A stretch of DNA of 64,000 nucleotides from a bacterium (GCA_021463465.1 JAJTYH010000002.1:137799-201798); one strand, 5' to 3'; counted from the first letter of the stretch, positions 28,828 through 39,048 are shown. Numbers and translations are program-made. The notes: generated by a model from the sequence alone, not told the origin.

Positions 28828-29406
28828 ATGTCATACTTAATACCAACAGTCATTGAAAAAGAACGAGATGGTGAAAGAGCCTACGATATCTATTCACGGC
28901 TACTTAAGGACCGCATTATTTTTATTACCGGCCCGATAGAAGAAGGAATGGCCAACACAATCGTAGCTCAGCTACTTTTCTTAGAAAAAGAAGATCCTAA
29001 GGGCGATATTCAGATGTTTATTAATTCACCCGGTGGGCATATTGACGCTGGAATGGCAATTTTCGACACAATGAATTACATAAAGCCTGATGTTTCCACC
29101 ATTGCCGTAGGACTCGCCGCTTCAATGGGTTCATTCTTACTAGCTGGTGGAGAAAAGGGGAAAAGATTTAGTTTGCCAAATAGTAAGATTCATATCCACC
29201 AACCGTTGGGTGGCGCTAAAGGGCAGGCAAGTGATATTGCGATTGTTGCAGAAGAAATCCTTAAAACAAAAAGAAAACTATACGATATGCTTTCAAGGTT
29301 TACAGGGAAAAAAGTCACACAAATTGAAAAGGATGCAGATAGAGATAAATACTTCACCGCTGAGGAGGCTAGGCTTTACGGATTAATTGACAAGGTAATT
29401 AAATAA
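28828..29406 (+). CDS. clpP: ATP-dependent Clp protease proteolytic subunit
   Basis: [35 protein letters not shown]. Confidence 0.98.
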   Translation: MSYLIPTVIEKERDGERAYDIYSRLLKDRIIFITGPIEEGMANTIVAQLLFLEKEDPKGDIQMFINSPGGHIDAGMAIFDTMNYIKPDVSTIAVGLAASMGSFLLAGGEKGKRFSLPNSKIHIHQPLGGAKGQASDIAIVAEEILKTKRKLYDMLSRFTGKKVTQIEKDADRDKYFTAEEARLYGLIDKVIK

Positions 29407-29449
29407 ATAGACTCTATTGGATTATATAACTTCTCCCAGATAGCTTTTT

Positions 29450-29479
29450 TTGACTTTAAATAGTCACATAATATAGAAT
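29450..29479 (+). promoter_or_regulatory. tRNA promoter
   Basis: TTGACT-18 bp-TAGAAT; a TGACT/AGTCA inverted repeat overlaps the -35 box. Confidence 0.55.
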
Positions 29480-29491
29480 TGCATGAGGTTA

Positions 29492-29568
29492 GGGCGATTA
29501 GCTCAGCTGGTTAGAGCGTTACAATGACACTGTAAAGGCCATAGGTTCAAGTCCTATATCGCCCACCA
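29492..29568 (+). tRNA. tRNA-Val (GAC)
   Basis: Acceptor stem GGGCGAT/ATCGCCC, D-arm GCTC-AGCTGGTTA-GAGC, anticodon arm TTACA-ATGACAC-TGTAA, T-arm ATAGG-TTCAAGT-CCTAT, encoded CCA. Confidence 0.96.
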
Positions 29569-29606
29569 TTTACCCATTTTTTGCTGAATAAAGGATTATT
29601 ACTAGA

Positions 29607-30398
29607 ATGATAAAATCACTACTCCTTCCCAGAGAAGATTACAGCAGAGAAATCCAAAAATACAAAGACGAATTCCCGGTCTTTGAGATTATTAGGCCAC
29701 AACAGGCTTTATTCTATTTTGGCGCTAATCATTCGCAAGATCCTAAGAACTCCCAATATCCTTTCCTTAAAGAATACTGGAGGACTTTTTTAGAGTGTAC
29801 AGAGGGGAAAGAAAAGATAGTTTTGATTGAAGGAGGTTTACGAAAGTTAGAAGAGGATGAAGAGTCAGCGATTATAAACAGTGGATCAGAAGGAGGGCTA
29901 ATGACGTTACTTGCGCATCAAGAGAATATTCCTGTAGCATGCCCAGATCTCAACGATATGGAATTGACTAAAGGTATGATAGAAGAGGATAGATACAAAT
30001 TTTTGTTATATAGATTTTTAAGCTGGCACGATAGTTTCCAAAGGTATAGAAATAGCCGAAAGTTTAACTTTGAAATTGAAGCTCAACAATGGTGTGAGGC
30101 TCAAAGCAGTAGAGTTGTTTGGGAAAAACTCGAGGTTTCCCTACCAAAACTAAAGGAGCTTTTTAAAAAACTTTTAGGAAAGGAATTTAATGAAAAAGAG
30201 AAATCAAATGATTATGTGAATCCAAATATAGGCGGGACTGTAATAAATAAAGTTGCTCAAACAAGTAGTGATTTAAGAGATGCATATATTGTTTCGGAGA
30301 TTAAACGCTATTGGAGTGAAGGCAAATGTATATTTGTAGTTTTTGGTAGCGGTCATCTTGTGATTCAGCGAATTGCTTTAGAAGTGGCTCTTAAATAA
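29607..30398 (+). CDS. Hypothetical protein, possibly TraB/GumN-like
   Basis: 263-aa ORF; FGANH...IEGG...RD...FVVFGSGH resembles TraB-type motifs (weak). Confidence 0.55.
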   Translation: MIKSLLLPREDYSREIQKYKDEFPVFEIIRPQQALFYFGANHSQDPKNSQYPFLKEYWRTFLECTEGKEKIVLIEGGLRKLEEDEESAIINSGSEGGLMTLLAHQENIPVACPDLNDMELTKGMIEEDRYKFLLYRFLSWHDSFQRYRNSRKFNFEIEAQQWCEAQSSRVVWEKLEVSLPKLKELFKKLLGKEFNEKEKSNDYVNPNIGGTVINKVAQTSSDLRDAYIVSEIKRYWSEGKCIFVVFGSGHLVIQRIALEVALK

Positions 30399-30498
30399 GT
30401 CATTATCTATCGGTTCAAACTTTCAATTCAAATAGCTTAATTCCAAGAAGAGTGTTACAATTGACACTACCCACTTGTTTACTTTCAAATCTACATAG

Positions 30499-30921
30499 AT
30501 GTTCTCCAATCCAAATAATTTAGCCTTTGAAACTAGCTTAGGAGTTAAAAGCGCTCATCAAATAAGTGAAGCCTTTACAGAAACATTTAGTCACGAGGTT
30601 ATTGAATTAGTTAAAAAAGCTGAGGAAATACAACCTGGAAAGCTCTTGGAACCAATTTTTATACCAGCAATTGTTGCAAATGGTAATGATAGCTTTGACC
30701 CTGTAATACTCATTATTGCTAAAAGAATTGAAGTGGGGCTAGAAGTATCCTGTCAAACTACTTTGTATTTAGATGATATGATACGAAAAGATTCTCTTCC
30801 TATTGATTTATTAGAGAGATTAATTGAGGAGTGCCTGCTTCAAGAAAACTACCTATACAAAGGTCCAGATGGAGATTTATACCTATTTGGGACCGAAGTC
30901 CCATCTGTTAATACTGAGTAA
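30499..30921 (+). CDS. Hypothetical acidic protein
   Basis: 140-aa ORF; TTGACA upstream at 30461. Confidence 0.5.
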   Translation: MFSNPNNLAFETSLGVKSAHQISEAFTETFSHEVIELVKKAEEIQPGKLLEPIFIPAIVANGNDSFDPVILIIAKRIEVGLEVSCQTTLYLDDMIRKDSLPIDLLERLIEECLLQENYLYKGPDGDLYLFGTEVPSVNTE

Positions 30922-30939
30922 AATAAAAAATAAACATTT

Positions 30940-31926
30940 CTATTTACCTGTTTGAGTAAGCATACTCATGGATGCTTTTTCACTATTCCAAAGGGTCAGT
31001 GCCTCCGCAACTGAATGAGTTTCCATAAACTTAATCCTCAGTTCATTTGCACCATCAAAATTAGATATGTATATTTTGAAATACTTTTTCAGAATATCGT
31101 AATTTTTACTGCCCTTCCAAGTGTTTTCAAAAAACTCTAAGTGCTCTCTTAAAACATCAAACTTATGTATAGGCGAAATATCTTTAATCTGAACGGCTTC
31201 ATTAAATAACCAAGGATTTTTGAAAATCCCGCGCCCAATCATACAGCCGTCAACACCGTACTTTTCAATATAATCAAAACCTTGTTTTAAATTTAAAACA
31301 TCTCCATTACCTAGTATAACTGTGGATGGCGAAATTGTATTTTTAAGCTCAACGGCTTTCTTAATCTCATCCCAATCACTTGGAAGGTCTGACATCCAAC
31401 TCGCAGTTCTGCCGTGTACAGTCAAGGCGACAGGCTTAAGTTGGAGCAAAAAACTAATCCACTTTTCTGTCTCAACCTTTTCAAAGCCAATCCTAGTTTT
31501 AATACTTACAGGAAGTTTCCCTGCACCTTCAATGGTTGCTAAGTAAATTTCACGTGCGAGAGTGGGATTTTTAATGAGGGCACTACAAGCACCTTGCTTT
31601 ACTATTTTGGCTACTGGACAACCCATATTTAAATCAATACCATCAAACTCCATTGATTCAATTTCCTTAGCAGCTAGATAAAACTTTTGAGGATCAGTAC
31701 CCCAAATTTGGGCAATTAAAGGATGTTCTATTGAGCTAAACTTCAATCGCTGCTTTACCTCTTTTGCACCTGGAGACAACATTCCTTCAACACTTGTAAA
31801 TTCTGTAAAGAAGAGATCTGGTCGCCCAAGCCCGATGATAATCCTACGGAAAACGGTATCTGTAACATCCTCCATTGGGGCAAGTGCAAAAATTGGTCGC
31901 TTTAATTTGCTCCAGATATTATCCAT
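30940..31926 (-). CDS. dus: tRNA-dihydrouridine synthase
   Basis: LAPMEDVTD, IDLNMGCP, SIKTRIG, VHGRT, GNGDV, MIGRG. Confidence 0.95.
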   Translation of the reverse strand: MDNIWSKLKRPIFALAPMEDVTDTVFRRIIIGLGRPDLFFTEFTSVEGMLSPGAKEVKQRLKFSSIEHPLIAQIWGTDPQKFYLAAKEIESMEFDGIDLNMGCPVAKIVKQGACSALIKNPTLAREIYLATIEGAGKLPVSIKTRIGFEKVETEKWISFLLQLKPVALTVHGRTASWMSDLPSDWDEIKKAVELKNTISPSTVILGNGDVLNLKQGFDYIEKYGVDGCMIGRGIFKNPWLFNEAVQIKDISPIHKFDVLREHLEFFENTWKGSKNYDILKKYFKIYISNFDGANELRIKFMETHSVAEALTLWNSEKASMSMLTQTGK

Positions 31927-31947
31927 GTAAAGCCAAGGGATTATATA

Positions 31948-34398
31948 TTATTCCTCTACAGCTTGAATTGTAACATCAACATTCTGTTGGGTATAGCAAC
32001 TTGTTGCCGTAGGCATTTCAATCCGCAAATGAAAGTCAACGGTTTCTGAAACTGACACACTTGATTGTAATGTCTGATAGTTGGTCGTAAGCGGTGTAAA
32101 GTTCGTAGGAGGTGAAGCACAACTATTCTCAGTGCTGTTACAGAACTTATGAGCATACTGATCTGTCCCACCCGAAGTTGATAAAGTCCAAGCACAGGAT
32201 GTATTCTGGCCCTTTATATTAAAAACTTCACTCACATTTCCATCGTTTTCTGCAGTTTGTAAGTCATTTAAGTCACCACTAATCGTACTCTTATTGGCTC
32301 CAAGTACCAGGGTTCCATAATTTACAATAGCATCAGAGTTAATTGTTACAGAAACAACTGTAGTTACTGGCTCCCTCCAAGCAACATATTGATAGGAAAA
32401 AGTATTCTCATTTGAGTATGTACTTGAGCCAACGGAAAAGCCATTTGATAGTACACCCGTAATACCTCCCGTAAAGGTTCCAGTATTTAGAAAGGGGAGG
32501 GTAGAATCTCCAGATTGGGTTTGAAATCTTAGTGCACCTGCTCTAGCAGTTCCACCGCTTACCTTTTTAATCCAGATCTGATCAGGTTGAAAACCAACTG
32601 AGGTAATACTCTGACTACTACCATTTCCAGTTAAAGTACCTGTAGCAAAATTACTGGAGTGCTCAAACGCGAAAAAGTCGTATGTACTCCCAGAGGTATT
32701 CAGATAACTGCTATTTCCTTTTTCAAATCCATCGGCGTTTAATGCTTGAATTATATTAGCCGTTGAAGCCAGCGCATGGAAACCAATCGAGGAATCACCC
32801 GATTGGTTGGAAGTTCTAAATGTTCCAGCAGTTGTACCTACGCGTTTCACAACCACTAGGTCGGGAGATATTGGTAAACCTCTAACATCTTGATTGTCTG
32901 ACCCAGCTCCGACATATTGACCCACATAAAAGTCTGAAGAGCCTCCTGATTTATCTGGGCGCATAGCATTACCAAATGCACTCCAGTGATATACAACACT
33001 AGACGTATTTGTTGCGGCATTTGTACCAACTGTAAAACCATCTGAATCTATACTTGCTATACCCCCTGTAAATACTGACGCTGCATTTCCAAGATAGTTC
33101 GTTCTGTCTCCTGACATCAATGAGGTCCTAAACACACCATATTGAGTTGTATCACCTTTAATTAAAACTAAATCAGGCGAAAAACCTAATCCGCTAACTG
33201 AAAATCCTGACCCAGTACCTGTATATGTTCCACTATCCATTTCAAATGAACCTGACCCTGGTGATCTTGCCGATGCACCGCCAAAAGCAACATAGTAGTA
33301 GACTACTGTGCTTGAATTAACATTAGCGGTTGTACCTATTTGAAATCCTCCACCTGGAAGCAGTGACTGTATGTTATTTGCGGCACTTGCTGTGTCCGTT
33401 GCATATACAGAACGATCTCCGTAATTTTCCCTAAAGCTTGCTACCAAAGTCTGTGCGGTTGCGGCGCTAGAATTTTTAGTCCAGACGAAATCTGGAAGGA
33501 ATGTCAAGTTTGAATCATCGGATGAATCGATACTGCGATTATCAACACCATCACCAGTGTATGTCCCTACATCCATATAGTTAGCGACCTCTTTAAAGGC
33601 AAAGTAATAATATGTACTGGCGTTAATATTTACTGATGTGTTGTTTCCTACAGTAAATCCAGTCGCATCTAAACTTGAAATTCCCTCAGTAGCTAGTTCG
33701 TTCGCATTGTGAAAATAATTACTTGCAGTCCCGGACATAGACGAAGACTTCCAAATTCCAACTGCCGACCCTGATCTTTTTACAAATACTAAATCGGGTT
33801 GAAATCCAACACTTGTAATACCTAACGAAGTACCGTTACCAGTGTAGCTTCCAACACAGAATGTTCCAGTGGAGCTGCAGTCTGAACCAGAAAATGCGGT
33901 ATAGTAATACATTACGTTAGCAGTATTAACATCGGTATCTGTTCCAACCGTAAAACCATCAGAGTCTAAACTTTGGATATGATTAGTCGTTAGGTTTGCG
34001 TCAGTTTCGGACATTGTCAGGGTTAGTTCACTTGACATTGAGCTTGTTTTGAAAATCATACCTTCCGACCCAGCGGTTGTATTATCTTTAAGAATCACCA
34101 AATCTGGAGAAAACCCAAGACCAGAAATCTGTCTATTATCACTATTGTTTCCAACATAGTATCCAGTCTGTATTGAAAATGTTGCTGCATATACTTTAGG
34201 GGGCGTTAAAAGCTCTTTCAATCCTTTATCAATAACATTTTTATCTTTAAGCGATAAATAAAGTTTATCGACTACGTTTTTTTCAAGAAACTCATTAAGT
34301 GACAGATGAAAGGTAATAAAAAAATTCAAGAAGACTAATGTGACAAGCATTAATCTAAGGAAATTGTTCGTTCGAATCCTATTGCTATTCTGAGACAT
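31948..34398 (-). CDS. Secreted/anchored surface protein with six GxYxG...GFxPDLV repeats
   Basis: N-terminal hydrophobic segment; six ~100-aa repeats; Ser/Thr/Gly-rich. Confidence 0.75.
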   Translation of the reverse strand: MSQNSNRIRTNNFLRLMLVTLVFLNFFITFHLSLNEFLEKNVVDKLYLSLKDKNVIDKGLKELLTPPKVYAATFSIQTGYYVGNNSDNRQISGLGFSPDLVILKDNTTAGSEGMIFKTSSMSSELTLTMSETDANLTTNHIQSLDSDGFTVGTDTDVNTANVMYYYTAFSGSDCSSTGTFCVGSYTGNGTSLGITSVGFQPDLVFVKRSGSAVGIWKSSSMSGTASNYFHNANELATEGISSLDATGFTVGNNTSVNINASTYYYFAFKEVANYMDVGTYTGDGVDNRSIDSSDDSNLTFLPDFVWTKNSSAATAQTLVASFRENYGDRSVYATDTASAANNIQSLLPGGGFQIGTTANVNSSTVVYYYVAFGGASARSPGSGSFEMDSGTYTGTGSGFSVSGLGFSPDLVLIKGDTTQYGVFRTSLMSGDRTNYLGNAASVFTGGIASIDSDGFTVGTNAATNTSSVVYHWSAFGNAMRPDKSGGSSDFYVGQYVGAGSDNQDVRGLPISPDLVVVKRVGTTAGTFRTSNQSGDSSIGFHALASTANIIQALNADGFEKGNSSYLNTSGSTYDFFAFEHSSNFATGTLTGNGSSQSITSVGFQPDQIWIKKVSGGTARAGALRFQTQSGDSTLPFLNTGTFTGGITGVLSNGFSVGSSTYSNENTFSYQYVAWREPVTTVVSVTINSDAIVNYGTLVLGANKSTISGDLNDLQTAENDGNVSEVFNIKGQNTSCAWTLSTSGGTDQYAHKFCNSTENSCASPPTNFTPLTTNYQTLQSSVSVSETVDFHLRIEMPTATSCYTQQNVDVTIQAVEE

Positions 34399-35350
34399 AT
34401 TGGTATGCAGCCATTGAGATATCCTTCATTATTTTTTTTACTTCTTCTCTACCTCCGCTTTTGCTTGAGTCCACCATTACTGTCAACAAATACGGACGAT
34501 TTGGGATATAAACTATCCCAGAGTCAAGATATGTCATCTTTGGATCGTGTTCACCAATCTTATGTGAAAAGACTGTATCTAAAGGGATTCCACTAGCGAG
34601 AAAATCATTAAACTTCGTTTCCGAAAGTACTCTTAACAAGTAGCTTGAACTATCCCTGTTGAGATAACTTGAGCTGTACAAAGCTCTGAAAATTCGTGAA
34701 TATTCTTTCGCGGTAATGTCATAGTTAGCATCATAAAGTTGATCAAGTCCAAGAGCTAAAAGCATCTCTTCAAAATCAGAACCTTCAAGATTTCTAATTA
34801 GAACTCTGTGCGCAGTGTCATCGGAATTAATAATTAGCTCCTTAAGTAGATCATCAATACTAATTTTTGTCCCAGCGGCCTTTTTGTACAAATCTCCAAA
34901 CCCATCGTTTCTATCCTCATATAAAATTACTAACTCGTTTGAAAGTTTCCAATCACCCTTCTCAACTTTTTTCATCACGGCTAAAGCAGTTGGCATTTTA
35001 CTTAGCGAAGCAGGCCAAAAACGATCATCTTGATTAATTGAAATATTTGCACCTGTATTTAAAAATTCGAAGTATAAACCGATTTTATTACCTTTAGATT
35101 CATATTTATCTACAATTTCTTTCAAGTTTCTCCTTAAAGGTTCAATTGTCGATAAAAAATGTTTTTGCTCAACAACCGTTCTTGCAGGATCAATTAATGG
35201 ATACTTACTTATATCTTCTTGAAATAGCGTGTTACCAGGACTTCCTTTTGAAAGAAGTAACACAAGTAACAATATATTAAGCAATATGCTAAAGGTCAGG
35301 ATGAGTCGATAGTTTTTATTTTTAAGCAAGCTTATTAATCCTTTAATCAT
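34385..35350 (-). CDS. Membrane-anchored class A beta-lactamase-like serine hydrolase
   Basis: N-terminal TM; PASLSK (SxxK), SDDTA, HKIG, DSGIV. ATG at 35350 lies 8 nt after TAGAAT. Confidence 0.85.
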   Translation of the reverse strand: MIKGLISLLKNKNYRLILTFSILLNILLLVLLLSKGSPGNTLFQEDISKYPLIDPARTVVEQKHFLSTIEPLRRNLKEIVDKYESKGNKIGLYFEFLNTGANISINQDDRFWPASLSKMPTALAVMKKVEKGDWKLSNELVILYEDRNDGFGDLYKKAAGTKISIDDLLKELIINSDDTAHRVLIRNLEGSDFEEMLLALGLDQLYDANYDITAKEYSRIFRALYSSSYLNRDSSSYLLRVLSETKFNDFLASGIPLDTVFSHKIGEHDPKMTYLDSGIVYIPNRPYLLTVMVDSSKSGGREEVKKIMKDISMAAYQYVSE

Positions 35351-35377
35351 TGTAGGTAATTCTAACAAACCCTTAAT

Positions 35378-35839
35378 TTATTTCACAGACATTAGACCGA
35401 GATTGTTGAGTATGCTCTTAAGTCTTTTCATTTCAACTTCAAACGTAGAGTTTCTACTTCCTGCAGCAGCAACCACGACCCCATCTTCATTGAATCCATC
35501 TTGAACTCTAACTTCAATACTATTCATATGCCCAAATGGAGGTACTCCTCCAATTGAATATCCAGTAATCGATTTAACCTCTTCTGCGGTAGCCATTCTC
35601 ACTTCGTGTGTATGATTTTGGAGCTTTACATAATCAATATCTAGCCTTTGGTCGCCTGGAACCAAATAAAGGACAAACTTTTTATCAATTTTAACTAACA
35701 ATGATTTCACAATATTGCTAACTAGCACGTTATGCATCTTAGCAGCTTGTTCTGCTGTATGAGTTTCGTCAGTAAATTCCTTGATATCGACCTGGATACC
35801 ATTTTCTTTCAAAAACTCTTTAAAACGACTAATTGACAT
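35378..35839 (-). CDS. YbaK/ProXp-family aminoacyl-tRNA deacylase
   Basis: THTAEQAA, IVKSLL, TGYSIGGVPPFGH, AAAGS. Confidence 0.9.
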   Translation of the reverse strand: MSISRFKEFLKENGIQVDIKEFTDETHTAEQAAKMHNVLVSNIVKSLLVKIDKKFVLYLVPGDQRLDIDYVKLQNHTHEVRMATAEEVKSITGYSIGGVPPFGHMNSIEVRVQDGFNEDGVVVAAAGSRNSTFEVEMKRLKSILNNLGLMSVK

Positions 35840-35918
35840 GGTTCAAAAGTATAACACAAAAATACTATCACATATCAATAAAGTGTTGATAGAAGGGGGA
35901 AAGTGATATAAACTGTGG

Positions 35919-36338
35919 ATGATGGCTGCCCCAACAACTATACTTACAAACAAATACTCCTCACAAATTTTTGATGAACTGGAAAGCACATCGGTTTACA
36001 AATTGATTTTCAATGAAGTCAAAGCTCTTGTGTACTGGTGGTATGTAACAATGCCTGTATGGTACGTCTTATCCCTTCGCCGCATTCTTACGATCATAGA
36101 CGATCAATACTCCATCTCTCTGTTACTGTCTCACTTTTTCACCCCTTGGCACAGAGACTTCACTTTCGTTGGGTACTTTATAGGAGTCATAATGAAGCTG
36201 TTATTTTTGCCCGTAGGCTTTTTTGTAATAGTAACAACTCTCGGACTCTACCTATTATTTTTAGTTTTCTGGTTTGCTATCCCAATCATTACCATTCTAG
36301 GAATACTGTTTACACCCTTTTTAGATTTAATACCTTGA
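35919..36338 (+). CDS. Small aromatic-rich membrane protein preceding the Clp ATPase
   Basis: YWWY, FFTPWHRD and a long C-terminal hydrophobic region; its stop is 1 nt before the Clp ATG. Confidence 0.75.
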   Translation: MMAAPTTILTNKYSSQIFDELESTSVYKLIFNEVKALVYWWYVTMPVWYVLSLRRILTIIDDQYSISLLLSHFFTPWHRDFTFVGYFIGVIMKLLFLPVGFFVIVTTLGLYLLFLVFWFAIPIITILGILFTPFLDLIP

Positions 36339-36339
36339 T

Positions 36340-39045
36340 ATGATTACTTGGAACGATTCCGCTAACCGCACAATTACTGGATATCACGACAAAGGCAAGG
36401 GTAAAACCATTGCCTTTGACGGGAAATATCCGATAGATTTGGACCGAACTTATATACCTTTCCTTCTAACAAGAGATTCGTATTTTGAGTTTAACCCCCT
36501 TAACACAAACAAGTTCTTTGAGACTAAAATCAGCGAAAAGTATCTCAAGAGTATAAAGACTAAACTAGCTAATATCCTTATCATTCCAGGGCTTCTGATT
36601 GCTTTTGCCTATCTACTTAAATATGTAGGAATATTCAGTCAGATTGTACTTCTAGAAACTTTTCTAGATTCTCCGTTAATTAATACCTTTTTCTGGATTG
36701 CTTTTTTAGGAGTAATCATTCTGTGGCATGATTACTACTCACATAAAGTAATCTTCAGCAGACTTCCTAAAACAGTACTAATACCAGAATCTGAAATTGA
36801 GGATTTAAGCCACAACGGAATTAAATTTGAAAGGTTTGCACATGTTAATCCTTTGAAATTTATTTCATCTGAATTTTTGGAAAGTATTGATTATGAGAGC
36901 AAGGAGTTTTCTACATTGGAACTTTTTAAGTCCTTGTTGCAAAACGATGATGTAGAACATCTCCTCAAGCGTGCACTTCTGGAGATTAGAGAAGATCGGC
37001 TCAAAGAGTGGGAGATAAATAAAACTGGCCTTCCTAAACTTCCCAAAGGGGCTTACAATTTGCTTCTTCTATACACCCTTGAAGAAGCCCTACTTACAAA
37101 TTCTCCCAATATTCAACCTTTACATCTTTTTCTAGCACTCATAAAAAGTCAGCCAATACTTAGTAAACTCATTATTAAACTGGGCTCAAGCCTCAATGTA
37201 CTGCGTGAAGTCACAGGATATCTGCTTTTGCAGAAAAGACTTGAAAACCCTTACGGATTTCTTAATCCAAGTGTTCCGTACTACAGAACAGGAGGGATCG
37301 CCAAAAATTGGATCTACGGTTATACATTTATTCTTAGTCAGTTTAGTAGGGATGTAAACGAAGAAGTTGCACGGGTTAGTGATACTTTTGGGATAGGGCA
37401 TCAAACCGAGATAGAGAATCTGGTATCAGTATTGGGTAGAGCCAGCAAAAAACATGTACTGTTGATTGGTGAGCCAGGAGTAGGGAAAAGTTCCCTAATA
37501 AAAGGTTTAGCTCAAAGGATTAACCGTGGAGAAGTGCCACCCATGCTATCAGGAGTACGTATAGTTCAAATGGATATTAACGGTTTAATTGCACACTCTT
37601 CAGGCAAAAAGAATATGGAATTCTATGTGCAAAAAGCTATGACCGAACTAGCTAAAGCAGGTAACGTAATTCTTTATATTGATGAATTACAGGAATTAAT
37701 CCCAGCCAAAGCACAAGAAACTGGCCACTCAATCGCTGATATTTTGTTACCTTATGTCACAGAAGGACGATTTGCTGTAGTGGGAACAGTCAATTACGCT
37801 GATTACAAGAAGTATTTTTATACCAATGAGTCGTTCCGACAAAGTTTCAGCAACATCGAAGTTGCAGAACTACCAGCTAAAGATACACTTAGAATTCTGC
37901 AAAGCAAAATTCCTGCTCTGGAAAAAACCTTTGCAATCTATATCACTTTCCCTGCATTAATTAGCGCAGTGGAGCTAGCCCAACGCTATATTCATACCAA
38001 AATGATGCCTGATTCAGCATCAACTTTGCTGGAAGATGCCTGTTCTTGGGCAAAATTGAACGGAATAAATGTCTTAACTCCGGACCATCTAGCGAAGATG
38101 ATTTCACTTCAGACCAATATGTCAGTTGGGGCAATTTCCACTGACGAAGCCGAAAAATTGATATCTCTAGAAGATAGGATAAAACAGAGGGTAATAGGGC
38201 AGGATGAAGCTGTTCATGTAGTTTCCGAAGCTCTAAGACGGGCCAGAGCTGATATTCGCGATCCTAAACGACCGATAGGTGCTTTCCTTTTCATTGGACC
38301 AACTGGTGTTGGTAAAACATACCTTGCGAAAACAATCTCTCAAGAATATTTCAACAATGAGGAAGACATTGTACGTGTGGACATGAGTGAATATATGGAC
38401 GAACAAAGTGTTTCTAAACTACTTGGATCGTACGGTCAAAAGAATGCAGATCAGACTCAGCTCACCCTTCTAGATAAAATCAAAGCTAATCCATATACAG
38501 TGGTACTCTTTGATGAGGTCGAAAAGGCCGACAGCAAAATTCTGGATTTATTCCTACAATTATTTGAAGAGGGCAGACTCACCAGTACTAATGGAGAAAC
38601 AATAGATTTCACCAATACCATCATAATCTGTACAAGTAACATTGCCGCCGATCTGATGCTTAAAAGTTTGGAGGAGGGACAGATGTGGGAAGAGACTAAA
38701 AACCTAGTTACAATGGAACTTAAGCAAGCAATTCGGCCTGAACTTTTTAACAGGTTTGATGGAATAGTAATGTTCCATCCGCAAAGTATCGAGAATCTAT
38801 CAAAAATTTCAGACATGCAACTTGATGAACTATATAAACGGCTGCATGAGAAAAATGTTGAATTGGATTGGGAAGCCACAATCCCAATGATGATTGCTAA
38901 CAAAGCTTATGAACCCGGTTTTGGTGCTAGACCAATTCGCAGGTATGTTCAAGAGAAAATTGAGGGCAAAATTGCTCAAGAGATGATTGCAGGCACAATA
39001 AAAGCAGGTGACAGCATTAAAATCAATGAAAGTTGGATAGTGTAA
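36340..39045 (+). CDS. Clp/Hsp100 two-ring AAA+ ATPase with N-terminal transmembrane helices
   Basis: GEPGVGKS/IDE and GPTGVGKT/FDEVEKA, RVIGQDEAV, RVDMSEY, GARPIRR; two TM segments within the first ~130 aa. Confidence 0.9.
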   Translation: MITWNDSANRTITGYHDKGKGKTIAFDGKYPIDLDRTYIPFLLTRDSYFEFNPLNTNKFFETKISEKYLKSIKTKLANILIIPGLLIAFAYLLKYVGIFSQIVLLETFLDSPLINTFFWIAFLGVIILWHDYYSHKVIFSRLPKTVLIPESEIEDLSHNGIKFERFAHVNPLKFISSEFLESIDYESKEFSTLELFKSLLQNDDVEHLLKRALLEIREDRLKEWEINKTGLPKLPKGAYNLLLLYTLEEALLTNSPNIQPLHLFLALIKSQPILSKLIIKLGSSLNVLREVTGYLLLQKRLENPYGFLNPSVPYYRTGGIAKNWIYGYTFILSQFSRDVNEEVARVSDTFGIGHQTEIENLVSVLGRASKKHVLLIGEPGVGKSSLIKGLAQRINRGEVPPMLSGVRIVQMDINGLIAHSSGKKNMEFYVQKAMTELAKAGNVILYIDELQELIPAKAQETGHSIADILLPYVTEGRFAVVGTVNYADYKKYFYTNESFRQSFSNIEVAELPAKDTLRILQSKIPALEKTFAIYITFPALISAVELAQRYIHTKMMPDSASTLLEDACSWAKLNGINVLTPDHLAKMISLQTNMSVGAISTDEAEKLISLEDRIKQRVIGQDEAVHVVSEALRRARADIRDPKRPIGAFLFIGPTGVGKTYLAKTISQEYFNNEEDIVRVDMSEYMDEQSVSKLLGSYGQKNADQTQLTLLDKIKANPYTVVLFDEVEKADSKILDLFLQLFEEGRLTSTNGETIDFTNTIIICTSNIAADLMLKSLEEGQMWEETKNLVTMELKQAIRPELFNRFDGIVMFHPQSIENLSKISDMQLDELYKRLHEKNVELDWEATIPMMIANKAYEPGFGARPIRRYVQEKIEGKIAQEMIAGTIKAGDSIKINESWIV

Positions 39046-39048
39046 GTG

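Noticed and set aside
29569-30939. tRNA-anchored genomic island
   Set aside because: No integrase and no duplicated tRNA 3' end seen; only two hypothetical genes.
34385-35350. True antibiotic-resistance beta-lactamase
   Set aside because: Membrane-anchored, has SDD and KIG variants and lacks an evident omega-loop Glu166 motif; more likely a cell-wall serine hydrolase.
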